NCBI RefSeq assembly: GCF_006345805.1
Contig: NW_021832040.1
Location: 1-33,554, forward strand
Reading direction: 5' to 3'
DNA from: Octopus sinensis
Taxonomy: Eukaryota
DNA length: 33,554 nt
Shown here: in pieces, positions 12,557 through 24,668 of the stretch
Layout: every line of letters begins with the position of its first letter
Numbering within the stretch: position 1 is the stretch's first letter
Made by a program: the position numbers and the translations under genes
The notes under the pieces: model-generated
Told to the model about the DNA's origin: nothing
Seen by the model: the letters and a program-made list of their open reading frames with translations, nothing else
Databases searched by the model: none

Positions 12557-12589
<33 letters not shown>

Positions 12590-13607
12590 GTACATACATA
12601 CGCACACATGTAACATATGTACATGTATACATACAAGCACACACACACATAAATTCATACATATATACATACATACATATTTACATATACACATACATAT
12701 GCATAGATAAATACATACATACATATACACATACATACGCATAGATAAATACATACATACATATACACATACATACATGCATACATACATTCATTCATAC
12801 ATACATACACATACATACAAACACATACGTACGTACATACATAAATACATACATACATACATACATACACACATACATACATCTATACATACGTCCATAC
12901 ATCCATACGCACATACATACATACGCACATACGCACATACATACATACGTACACACACACACACATACATACATACATACATACATACATACACACACAC
13001 ATACATACATACATACATACATACGCACATACAAACATACATACGTACATGCACACACACACACATACATACATACATACATACATACATAAATACATAG
13101 ATACATACATACCCACATAGTTACACACACATCCACTTATATACATACACACATAAATACATAAATATACACACACACATATATATACATATTTTTTCAT
13201 TGTTCACGAGTTCTTACCAACGTCTGAATAGCTTGTTAATGTCTTAACTGTGATAATAAAGTTGATGAAAAATAAAAAATTTAAATGAAAACGAACGAAA
13301 TTATCTGACAGCCCAATACATACACACATACATGCATACATGCATACCTACATAAATACATACATTCATACATATTTATATATTTGTATACATGTATACG
13401 TACATACATGCATACTTACATACATATATACATACACATACTTGTATACACACATACGTACATACACACACATACGTACGTATTTACGTACATACATATA
13501 TACATACACGTATAGAAACATCCCTTACATCACATACATACAGTCAAACATACGTCTATACATACATACATAAAGACAGATAGACATACATACATACATA
13601 TACATAC

Positions 13608-13673
<66 letters not shown>

Positions 13674-14369
13674 TACATACACTACACAGACAGACACATA
13701 TATACGCCCAACATACGCACATTCACATATTCATATATGCATACATACATACATACATACATACATACATCTATACATACATACGCACATACATACATAC
13801 ATACATACGTCCATACATCCATACGCACATACATACATACGTACACACACACACCACACATACATACATACATACATGCATACATACATACATACATACA
13901 TACATACATGCATACATACATACATACATACATACATACATACATACATCTATACATACATACATACATCTATACATACATACGCACATACATACATACG
14001 TACACACACACACACATACATACATACATACATACATACATACATACATACATACGCACATACAAACATACATACGTACATGCACACACACATACATACA
14101 TACATACATACATATATACATAAAACATACATACATACATACATACATACATACATACATACATACATACATACATACATACATACATGCATACATACAT
14201 ACATACATACATACATACATACATACATACATCTATACATACATACGCACATACATACGTACACACACACACACACATACATACATACATACATACATAC
14301 ATACATACATACATACATACATACATACGCACATACAAACATACATACGTACATGCACACACACATACA

Positions 14370-14403
<34 letters not shown>

Positions 14404-14585
14404 CATAAAACATACATACATACATACATACATACATACATACATACATACATACGCACATACAAACATACATACGTACACACACACACACACATACATA
14501 CATACATACATACATACATAAATACATACATACATAAATACATATATACATACGTACATATACACACACATACATACACACACAT
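12069..14585. repeat. Large (TACA)n array with higher-order variant blocks and two short unique islands
   Basis: Directly visible; islands at ~12345-12460 and ~13190-13315. Confidence 0.95.
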
Positions 14586-14660
14586 TACGCGTGCGCGTTG
14601 TCGGCGTGTTTGTGTTTGTGTTCGTATGTGTGATTTTTGTCAGTAAATTTAACGAACAAA

Positions 14661-14760
14661 ATCTAAACCAAAAAAAAAACAAAACCAAAAACCAAAAACC
14701 AAAAACCAAAAACCAAAAACCAAAAACCAAAAACCAAAAAGCAAAAACCAAAAAGCAAAA
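14661..14760. repeat. (AAAAACC)n heptamer repeat
   Basis: Directly visible. Confidence 0.9.
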
Positions 14761-15269
14761 GTAGGCCTTGTAAATAGAAAAAGGATCTGGTTGCAAAACT
14801 CAAGCACAAAGTGACTGAGAATGTCTAAAGCAAAATAAATCAATTGCACCCACGGTAGAACTTCTTTTCTACTTATTTGTGTGGGAACTGTGCCAAGAGG
14901 AGAGGAGTTGGCGGAGAATGTTTCACTGAGAAGATAGTGTTCTGATTTGTTTAACCTATGTTAACAAGCCAATGATTCCAGCATAACATCAACCCCCTGT
15001 CATGTCTTCGTCTCAAATGTCTCTTGAAGTGGTAGAGGCAAGGACTGAAAGAAGTATTTTGGCTGTAGATGTTTTTGTGTTTTGATGTTTTATCCGTTGT
15101 TATTGCTTGTGGCTTTATTTTTCATCTTTTGTTTTTGTGTAGCTTTTGTTTCTGTTTTGGCTTTTTGTTTTGGTTTTGTTTCAGATGAAAATTATTTCGT
15201 ATGGGACGGCAGACCAGCAAAGGGTTTTTGTATTTTCAAAGAAAGCAAATAAAGAGACCCTTCCCCATA

Positions 15270-15370
15270 TGCATGTGTGCGTGTGTATATATATATATAT
15301 ATGTGTGTATACGCGCGCGTGTATGTATTTATTTATGCATGTATGTGTCTGTCTCTCTGTATGTGTGTGT

Positions 15371-15409
<39 letters not shown>

Positions 15410-15467
15410 TGTATGTATACACACACACACACACACACATATATATCTTTGTATATGTATCTCGCTT

Positions 15468-15559
<92 letters not shown>

Positions 15560-15562
15560 GTA

Positions 15563-15636
<74 letters not shown>

Positions 15637-15690
15637 GTGTGTGTATATATATGTGTATATATATATATATATTATATATACATACACACA
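15270..15690. repeat. Compound (TA)n/(CA)n/(CT)n/(TG)n microsatellite
   Basis: Directly visible. Confidence 0.95.
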
Positions 15691-16046
15691 CATGACTTAC
15701 AATGTGGAATCCGAGGGATGGATCTGATGGTGGTCTACGTCAGCAATTTCTTATTTCATTGAAGACTCCGTTGACGACTTTGGTAAGTTGACTTGGCCAG
15801 AGAAGTGATGTTTCTAAAGTTTCGCGTAATTACCCATTATCCAAAATTTGGGGCGATAAAAACATACACGCCACATAACAATAATAATCATCACAAAGTT
15901 ATATGAGACCTAAAGGGAATAAAACATAGAAGAAAGATTCGAAGAAGCTTGTATGTACGATCTCGCTTGAAGACGAAGCGTTTTCCTCTTCTCTTTGTGT
16001 ATGGATTTTATTTGAGCCTAATTTCTGGAGAACATCACAGACTGAG

Positions 16047-16500
16047 CAATAATAAATCTCTGAACTAGATGTAAATAGTAACTGCACGACAATGTGAGGT
16101 ATACTAGCCATCTCAATATGGCTAACCACTAAGGGTGGGTGTAACTGTAGATTGTAGCCCCAGGAGAACATCGTCTCCAGCTGGCTTTATTATTGCTTGC
16201 ATACAGTTTTTCGAGATCAGTGACGAAAAGTTACTGGAAGAACGATATAAGGATTTGCATTGGAACACATTTTCATCGAAAACCGGTGATTGTCGTACGC
16301 TGATGACAGGTCAATACCTAGAAACTGCAGTCCGTGCGTATCACTTAGGTTGACGAGGGAGGGATTACCTCCCTTTGCAAATACCATAAGAGCACAGGAG
16401 TGTGCCCAAAGCCAGCTGGAGACGATGTTCTCCTGGGGCTACAAGCTACAGTAACACCCACCCTTAGTGGTTAGCCATATTGAGATGGCTAGTATACCTC
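16047..16500 (+). mobile_element. Non-coding hammerhead-containing retroelement (retrozyme-like or PLE pLTR-derived) with an inverted 5' part
   Basis: TSD ACATCACAGACTGAG at 16032-16046 and 16501-16515; 97-bp inverted arms at 16092-16188 and 16408-16504 (2 mismatches); hammerhead between the arms; the host PLE peptide is continuous across the TSD. Confidence 0.85.
16281..16351 (+). ncRNA. Type I hammerhead ribozyme
   Basis: Stem I CGUACG/CGUGCG extended by GUGAU/AUCAC and AACC/GGUU; core CUGAUGA at 16300-16306; stem II AGGU-CAAU-ACCU; GAAA at 16321-16324; palindromic stem III ACUGCAGU; GUC cleavage triplet ending at 16332. Confidence 0.85.
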
Positions 16501-17280
16501 ACATCACAGACTGAGACGTAGTTGAAAGAATGATTGTGAATTGCCACCGGATTGCAAATCGCTTCGGCGTTGTTACGGACGTCAAGCAAATACCAGCGTT
16601 GCTTGTCGAGCCAACTGGTAGCACATTGAAGAAATAAAAATGCGCTATAGATCTTCGTGTATGGATCTTCAATATTATAGTTACGAAGATGCGCGGTAAA
16701 AAAATGGTTGACCCTCGTAGATGGGTGCTGGGAAGAGGTTTAGTAGATGGAGACGCATGTCGGATACTAAGAGCTGGGGCGAGTGGATTTGCTAGGTTGA
16801 ACTTTTGATTAGAAGGTCAAATAGATTTTTATCCCTTTTGAAGGTTATGAGTGAAAGGTCGGGAAAGGCAAAAGTAGTTACGGGGTCTAATTTCAGAAAG
16901 CGAAAGTTACAAAAAGAGGATGTACAAGAGTTACTGTGTTGTAGGGTGGAAGGCAAGGATGGAAGGAATTTGAATAAGAAGAATGCGGATGAATGGCGGA
17001 AGTGCGGCAGTACGGTTGTTATTGGACTTGTTTTGATGATGGACGTCATTTACGACTGGCAGGAGTTACTCAGGTGAGAGGGAAAAATGTTGAGGTTTTT
17101 TTCAACATTGAAATGAAGTCGAGGTTTTTTGTCACAGAAGCGTTGCAGCTGGAGCAATTTGTAAGAGGGGTGGGATATGACAGAGTTAGCGTGAGTGTGA
17201 TGCAAAGAAGAAAAATCGAGTTATGAGCAAGAATCTGTAGATGTGAAGAGATGTGTGAGTGTGTGTGTGTGTGTGTGTGT

Positions 17281-17328
<48 letters not shown>

Positions 17329-17397
17329 GTGGGGGTTAACAAGGAGAATAATTAGGATAAACTGGATACAGACAATTTTGATCTCACTCGTAGTACT

Positions 17398-17715
17398 TTC
17401 TTCTATAACTTCCGGCCGAACAAAGCCTTGAAAGTGGATTTGGTAAACGGAAACTAAAAGAATCTTGTCGTGTATATATACATGTGTGTGCGTGTGTGTG
17501 TGTGTGCGCGCGCGTGTGTGTGTGTGTGTTGTGTTTGTCCACTACCACCGTTTGACAACCGGTTAAGTTTGTTTACGTTCCCTTAACTGAGTGACTCAGT
17601 AAAAGAGGACAATAGAATAACTATCAGACTTTGAAATAATTATCGGGATCAATTCGTTCGACAAAAATCCTTGAAAGCGATGCTTCAGTTCAATGACTGA
17701 AACACGGGAAAGATA
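17398..17715 (+). mobile_element. Degenerate SINE-A
   Basis: Similar to 7500-7815, with internal (TG)n. Confidence 0.75.
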
Positions 17716-17750
17716 ATAGATAATCCTTATCTGAAAAAAAATCCATTGTA

Positions 17751-20244
17751 AGTTGGTAAATGACTCACATTTTTTAATGCTCAATGAAGCTGGTACATGA
17801 CTCACATTTTATATTCTCAATGCAGTTGGTAAATGACTCACATTTTTTAATGCTCAATGAAGCTGGTACATGACTCACATTTTATATTCTCAATGCAGTT
17901 GGTAAATGACTCACATTTTTTAATGTTCAATGAAGCTGGTACATGATTCACATTTTTTATGCTCAATGCAGTAGGTAAATGACTCACAGTTTTCTTATGT
18001 TCAATGCAGTTGGTAAATGACTCACAGTTTTCTTATGCTAAATGCAGTTGGCAAATGACTCACATTTTTCTTATGCTCAGTGCAGTTGGCAAATGACTCA
18101 CAGTTTTCTTATGCTCAATGCAGTTGGTAAATGACTCACAGTTTTCTTATGCTAAATGCAGTTGGTAAATGACTCACAGTTTTCTTATGCTCAATGCAGT
18201 TGGCAAATGACTCACAGTTTTCTTATGCTAAATGCAGTTGGTAAATGACTCACAGTTTTCTTATGCTAAATGCAGTTGGCAAATGACTCACATTTTTCTT
18301 ATGCTCAATGCAGTTGGCAAATGACTCACAGTTTTCTTATGCTAAATGCAGTTGGTAAATGACTCACAGTTTTCTTATGCTAAATGCAGTTGGTAAATGA
18401 CTCACAGTTTTCTTATGCTCAATGCAGTTGGCAAATGACTCACAGTTTTCTTATGCTCAATGCAGTTGGTAAATGACTCACAGTTTTCTTATGCTCAATG
18501 CAGTTGGTAAATGACTCACAGTTTTCTTATGCTAAATGCAGTTGGTAAATGACTCACAGTTTTCTTATGCTCAATGCAGTTGGCAAATGACTCACAGTTT
18601 TCTTATGCTAAATGCAGTTGGCAAATGACTCACATTTTTCTTATGCTCAATGCAGTTGGTAAATGACTCACAGTTTTCTTATGCTCAATGCAGTTGGCAA
18701 ATGACTCACAGTTTTCTTATGCTAAATGCAGTTGGCAAATGACTCACATTTTTCTTATGCTCAATGCAGTTGGTAAATGACTCACAGTTTTCTTATGCTA
18801 AATGCAGTTGGTAAATGACTCACAGTTTTCTTATGCTCAATGCAGTTGGTAAATGACTCACAGTTTTCTTATGCTAAATGCAGTTGGTAAATGACTCACA
18901 GTTTTCTTATGCTCAATGCAGTTGGCAAATGACTCACAGTTTTCTTATGCTCAATGCAGTTGGTAAATAACTCACATTTTTCTTATGCTCAATGCAGTTG
19001 GCAAATGACTCACAGTTTTCTTATGCTCAATGCAGTTGGTAAATAACTCACAGTTTTCTTATGCTAAATGCAGTTGGTACATGACTCACATTTTTCGTAT
19101 GCTCAATGCAGTTGGTAAATGACTCACATTTTTTATGCTCAATGCAGTTGGTAAATGACTCACATTTTTTATGCTCAATGCAGTAGGTAAATGACTCACA
19201 GTTTTCTTATGTTCAATGCAGTTGGTAAATGACTCACATTTTTCTTATGCTAAATGCAGTTGGCAAATGACTCACATTTTTCTTATGCTCAATGCAGTTG
19301 GCAAATGACTCACAGTTTTCTTATGCTCAATGCAGTTGGTAAATGACTCACAGTTTTCTTATGCTAAATGCAGTTGGTAAATGACTCACAGTTTTCTTAT
19401 GCTCAATGCAGTTGGTAAATAACTCACATTTTTCTTATGCTCAATGCAGTTGGCAAATGACTCACAGTTTTCTTATGCTAAATGCAGTTGGTACATGACT
19501 CACATTTTTCGTATGCTCAATGCAGTTGGTAAATGACTCACATTTTTTATGCCCAATGCAGTTAGTAAATGACTCACATTTTTCTTATGCTCAATGCAGT
19601 TGGCAAATGACTCACAGTTTTCTTATGCTCAATGCAGTTGGTAAATAACTCACAGTTTTCTTATGCTACATGCAGTTGGCAAATGACTCACAGTTTTCTT
19701 ATGCTCAATGCAGTTGGTAAATAACTCACAGTTTTCTTATGCTAAATGCAGTTGGTACATGACTCACAGTTTTCTTATGCTAAATGCAGTTGGTAAATGA
19801 CTCACATTTTTTATGCTCAATGCAGTTGGTAAATGACTCACATTTTTTATGCTCAATGCAGTTGGTAAATGACTCACATTTTTCGTATGCTCAATGCAGT
19901 TGGTAAATGACTCACAGTTTTCTTATGCTCAATGCAGTTGGCAAATGACTCACATTTTTCTTATGCTCAATGCAGTTGGTAAATGACTCACATTTTTCTT
20001 ATGCTCAATGCAGTTGGTAAATGACTCACATTTTTCGTATGCTCAATGCAGTTGGTAAATGACTCACATTTTTCTTATGCTCAATGCAGTTGGCAAATGA
20101 CTCACATTTTTCTTATGCTCAATGCAGTTGGCAAATGACTCACATTTTTCTTATGCTCAATGCAGTTGGCAAATGACTCACATTTTTCTTATGCTCAATG
20201 CAGTTGGCAAATGACTCACATTTTTCTTATGCTCAGTGCAGTTG
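17751..20244. repeat. 38-bp tandem satellite, about 66 units, consensus AATGCAGTTGG(T/C)AAATGACTCACA(G/T)TTTTCTTATGCT(C/A)
   Basis: Period counted directly (e.g. 18181 to 18219); 36-37 bp variants occur. Confidence 0.97.
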
Positions 20245-20280
20245 CTCGTGAGATTCTTCAAATTATCAAAATACAAAGAG

Positions 20281-20439
20281 ATATCGACCTCAGTACTTGA
20301 CTGGTACTTCATTTTCTCAACCCCGAAAGGATGATAGGCAAAGTTGACACCGGTGGCATTTGAACTCAGGACGTAAAGACGATTGAAATGCCGCTTCGCA
20401 TTTAGCCCGGCGTGCTAACGCTTCTGCCAACTCGCTGCC
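20281..20439 (-). mobile_element. tRNA-derived SINE-B, partial
   Basis: Matches 24740-24896. Confidence 0.85.
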
Positions 20440-20454
20440 TTAAATAGTATTAAC

Positions 20455-20507
20455 GATGAGGATGATGATGATGATGAGGATGATGATGATGATGAGGATG
20501 ATGATGA
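20455..20507. repeat. (GAT)n/(GAG) trinucleotide repeat
   Basis: Directly visible. Confidence 0.9.
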
Positions 20508-21760
20508 CTGCGAATTGATGTAACTTTTCACGAAGTTTAGATGAGCGAAATGCAATTTGTAATCAAATACTGATTGGTTTTGTTTATTGAACTGAATAAT
20601 ATTTCGACAGCACAGCTGTGTTTTTCAGGTTCAAAATGAAAAATACAAAATTATGCAGAAATTCGAAATTTCAACCGGCCTATCCTGCGTTCCTTCCCAA
20701 ACCGAAAGACGTCATCAAGTTTCACTTGTTTGTAACTGGTATATAAAAAAAAAGAAAGAGTAAAAGAAGAAAAACATAGAAAAGAAAGAGAACACTTAGT
20801 TTAAAAGTTTAGCATAAATCTCATGAAATTCTTCTGTCATTTTTGTTCATTCCTTCAGGGCGTGTTGCTACTAACTGACAAATATATTCATCTTCATGTT
20901 TTTTGATGACTGAAAATTCAGTGGAGTCAGAATATATTCTGCGAATGTGTATTTTCAGGTGTTCGTCAGAGTTACAGTAGTTTGATGTAAGCTGCTCAGA
21001 AAGTTCTGTTGAAGCAGTGAAATTCTGCCTGATGTCTTACCTATGCCCTTTAAAGTGTTAGCTTGGTTTTTGTTTTGTACAACGAACGTAAATCATGCAC
21101 ATACAGACATATTTATAGACTCGCGTATTTAAGTGGAAATAATTTAAGAAAAGTCTTATAAAATATGCAATAATTAAAACAAAAGAAAATAAAACATGGA
21201 AGATAACAGATTAGGTTGAGTTAGGCACTCCGCAAAAGTGTTTGCTTGATCATTTCTCAAACTGTGTTTGAGTGCAACCTAATGCACCGATAGGAATTTT
21301 TTTAGATTTCTAACGATGAACACCACGATCTTGAGGATATTATATTCTTTTTAAAATTCGATATAATGTTTTTACTTTAATTTTAAGAGAGGTTTATCGT
21401 TTGCATGTGGTTTATATTCTGATCTTTACTGTTTATGTGCCATTGTATCTTCCTCCGAAAATCTGTGACACTACTGATGCGTACTTTTTTCCTGTTAGCT
21501 GTTTGATTTTCAGAGTACAGTGAATCTCATTTTTACTTTATCCTTCGCATTCTCTTCTTTTATTTCCTTGAGGAAGAATTTCGTTGTCCCTTAGAAGAAA
21601 TTGTTCTTCCTCACAAGTTTTCATTGCTTTGTGTTATACCTTTAAGTTTGTGCGATTTTCTCTTTTTCCCTTTTGTGTTTTCCCCTAGATATTTCTTCCT
21701 TATCACCGCACAGTGAAGGTGTGGTATTGTGTATAATAAATAGGAGATAATGTATTTGTT

Positions 21761-22065
21761 TGAGCAGAAGCAAATGACCTAGTGGCTAGAGCAGCGGACT
21801 CACGGTCGAGGAATCACGGGTTCGAATCTCAGACTGGGCGATGATTGTGTTTATGAGCGAAACACCTAAGCTCCACGCGGCTCCGGCAGAAGGTAATGGC
21901 GAAATTCTACTGACTGTTTAGCCATCACTTTCTCTCTTTCCTCCTGCATCTTGCAGCTCATCTGCGACGGACTGGCGTCCCGTCCAGGTAGGGAACCTAT
22001 ACGCCAACGAAACTGGAAAACCGGCCCTTATGAGCCAGGCATGGCTCGAGAAGGAACAAAGAACA
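21761..22065 (+). mobile_element. tRNA-derived SINE (C-type head with D-type 3' module)
   Basis: A-box TGACCTAGTGG, B-box GGTTCGAATCT; 14-bp TSD ATAATGTATTTGTT at 21747-21760 and 22066-22079. Confidence 0.88.
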
Positions 22066-22268
22066 ATAATGTATTTGTTCATCTATTTGCAATAAAGGTC
22101 CTTCTCATATTTCCTTTGATGGCATTAGTGTTTTAGTTGATGATGCTCTCGCAACTTCCTTCTGCTGTTGCTTCTCCGTGTTTTCATTTTCATTTTCCTT
22201 ATTTTTATTTAGTTTTCCTAATTTTGGGGGGACATTCAACTCTAAAGTATCTTTTTCTCCGACAAATA

Positions 22269-22684
22269 GGCGCAGGAGTGGCTGTGTGGTAAGTAGCTTG
22301 CTTACCAACCACATGGTTCCGGGTTCAGTTCCACCGCGTGGCACCTTGGGCAAGTGTCTTCTATTATAGCCGACCAAAGCCGACCAAAGCCTTGTGATTG
22401 GATTTGGTAGACGGAAACTGAAAGAAGCCCGCCCGTCGTATATATATATGTTTGTGTGTGTGGTGTGTGTGTGTGTGTGTGTTTGTGTGTCTGTGTTTGT
22501 CCCCCTAACATCGCTTGACAACCGATACTGGTGTGTTTACGTCCCCGTAACTAGCGGTTCGACAAAAGAGACCGATAGAATTAGTACTAGGCTTACAAAG
22601 AATAAGTCCTGGAGTCGGTTTGCTCGACTAAAGGCGGTGCTCCAGCATGGCCGCAGTCAAATGACTGAAACAAATAAAAGAGTA

Positions 22685-22685
<1 letters not shown>
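22269..22685 (+). mobile_element. Full-length SINE-A followed by a (GA)n tail to ~22763
   Basis: Highly similar to 7410-7834. Confidence 0.92.
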
Positions 22686-22766
<81 letters not shown>

Positions 22767-23049
22767 AATATAATGACTAGGCTTTCTGTTCTGTGTCCTT
22801 AATCTCATGCCCTTTGTTTCGACACTTTCATGTAAGCATAGTCCTGGTAATGCTCTGTGACTCGCGTCACTAATTTAGCTTTGCAAATTCATTTAGGCGT
22901 CCCCTGGCCACCAGTCACTTCTCTTTAAGCCTTTACCGTGCTGCAACACAAAGATCCCAACTAGCCATGGGTCTTTGTCGTGTCAAATATCTCTTATTGC
23001 AACTAATGTTTCTTAGACTCTCTATTCTAGAGCACTAATGTATAGTCAA

Positions 23050-23547
23050 TTTCTTTATTAATCATGAGGTTGAGAAAAAAAAGGGGACGATACGAGGACA
23101 GACAAAACAAGCGTTGGGGTCAGGGTATCGAATGAGACGAAACGTATGAATAAACAAACAATTAAAATATATACAATTAAATGAGAATGAGTGATTTACA
23201 AAAAATGAAGCGGAGGACGAGGTCGACCCCACAAACCACATACTCATACTGAAGACTTTGCTTTCTCCCTTTTATATTCTCATTTAAACAGGTTCTTTCA
23301 CTCGCAACATACTTGCTATAGATTTCCATCTTTTACGAAACACACTTTGCGACAGGCATTTCATCTCCAGCCTTATTTTCCGTTTCATGTGGAAAACGAA
23401 AAAGTCGATTAGCTCGAGACTGGAGATGAACATGCCTGTTGCAATTCCTTTCACTCTCGTCTTCCATACTACCTCTTTCACAACAGCAACTACCAAGAGA
23501 AAACAGGCTCGCTCCTCCCTATTGAGGGAGGTCGGTGGAACGTTTAA
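23050..23547 (-). mobile_element. L1/Tx1-type LINE 3' end (ORF2 C-terminus and 3' UTR)
   Basis: ACFLLVVAVVKEVVWKTRVK...FFVFHMKRKIRLEMKCLSQSVFRKRW fits the Tx1-like C-terminal pattern (K..IW..R, R.RLE, F...W); the T-rich UTR ends in AATAAAGAAA. Confidence 0.7.
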
Positions 23548-24112
23548 TCAGAGGCATATCTGACAATTCCAGTCTGTTTTGATTGCGTTTTCAGCGTTAA
23601 AGGCTCAGCAAATGGTGCCATAGCTTTTGCCTTTGCCATTGATATTATCTCTCTCAATATAATTTGGCGGGGTTTGTTGTACTATTACAGAAAGATAATA
23701 GGATAACGCCGTAGTAGGATGGTGAGAGAGGGTGTTATGGTAAGAGAAGTAAAGCTAAGTTAGCAGGAATGAACAGGTAGAAGGAAGTGATACGTGAGAA
23801 GTTAGCAATTAGTGATGGGGAAACCAACAGCTCAGAATGAAAGATGACAGGATTAAAACAATGAAGGGAAAATGGTGGAAAATGTAGAAAAATTAAAAAT
23901 TAAAAGGTTGAAAAATTGAAAAATTGAAAAATGACAGGAAGCTGAGGTGGAGTGAAAGGCTTTAATATATTACGTGAACAGTGAACAGTAAGGAGGCCTT
24001 TGGAAATCCTCGTCTGAAAACTCCCAGGAATTTTTTTTTTCTTTTTTTTCCGAATTTTCAAAAGTTCAAGTGTTCAAAAGTTTAATAGGTCTGACGGTTT
24101 TTTGAGAGGTAG

Positions 24113-24165
<53 letters not shown>

Positions 24166-24166
24166 C

Positions 24167-24225
<59 letters not shown>

Positions 24226-24226
24226 C

Positions 24227-24287
<61 letters not shown>

Positions 24288-24289
24288 CA

Positions 24290-24588
24290 GGCGGCGAGCT
24301 GGCAGAAACGTTAGCACGCCGGAGTCTATATAATCGACTTAATCCGTTTGTCTGTCCTTGTTTGTCCTCTCTGTGTTTAGCCCCTTGTGGGTAGTAAATA
24401 AATAGGTATTTCGTCTGTCTTTACGTTTTGAGTTCAAATTCCGCCGAGGTCGACTATGCCTTTCATCCTTTCGGGTTCGATTAAATAAGTACCAGTTACG
24501 CACTGGAGTTTATATAATCGACTTAATCCGTTTGTCTGTTCTTGTTTGTCCCCTGTGCGTGTAGCCCCTTGTGGGCAGTAAAGAAATA
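24290..24588 (+). mobile_element. SINE-B, deleted first unit plus a tandem second unit
   Basis: Head GGCGGCGAGCTGGCAGAAACGTTAGC, B-box GAGTTCAAATTCC, junction AAATA|GGTATTTCGTC at ~24405. Confidence 0.85.
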
Positions 24589-24622
24589 AGATAGACAGAT
24601 AGATAGATAGATAGATAGATAT

Positions 24623-24666
<44 letters not shown>

Positions 24667-24668
<2 letters not shown>

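Larger units (their letters stand above)
15780..17228 (-). mobile_element. Decayed Penelope-like element: RT thumb, linker, GIY-YIG C-terminal part and pLTR remnant
   Basis: Minus-strand peptides LDFSSLHHTHANSVIS..YKLLQLQRFCD, NFRFLKLDPVTTFAFPDLSLITFKRDKNLFDLLIKS, LLDVRN..PVAIHNHSFNYVSVCDVL and REEE..RFVFK match PLE motifs in the expected order. Possible decayed hammerhead GGGTAATTACGCGAAAC at 15819-15835. Confidence 0.8.

Noticed and set aside
14661-14760. Interstitial telomeric repeat
   Set aside because: The unit is AAAAACC, not TTAGGG; likely derived from a poly-A tract
16092-16504. MITE with 97-bp TIRs
   Set aside because: The TSD lies ~45 bp outside the left arm and is 15 bp long, and the extra left sequence is the continuation of the unit; this fits retrotransposition with inversion
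17751-20244. CRISPR-like array of 38-bp repeats
   Set aside because: Units are contiguous with no unique spacers, there are no cas genes, and the context is eukaryotic
20620-21000. Candidate + strand splice acceptors (TTTTTCAG, TTCCTTCAG, TTTTCAG) and small exons
   Set aside because: No recognisable peptide; such signals are common by chance in AT-rich DNA
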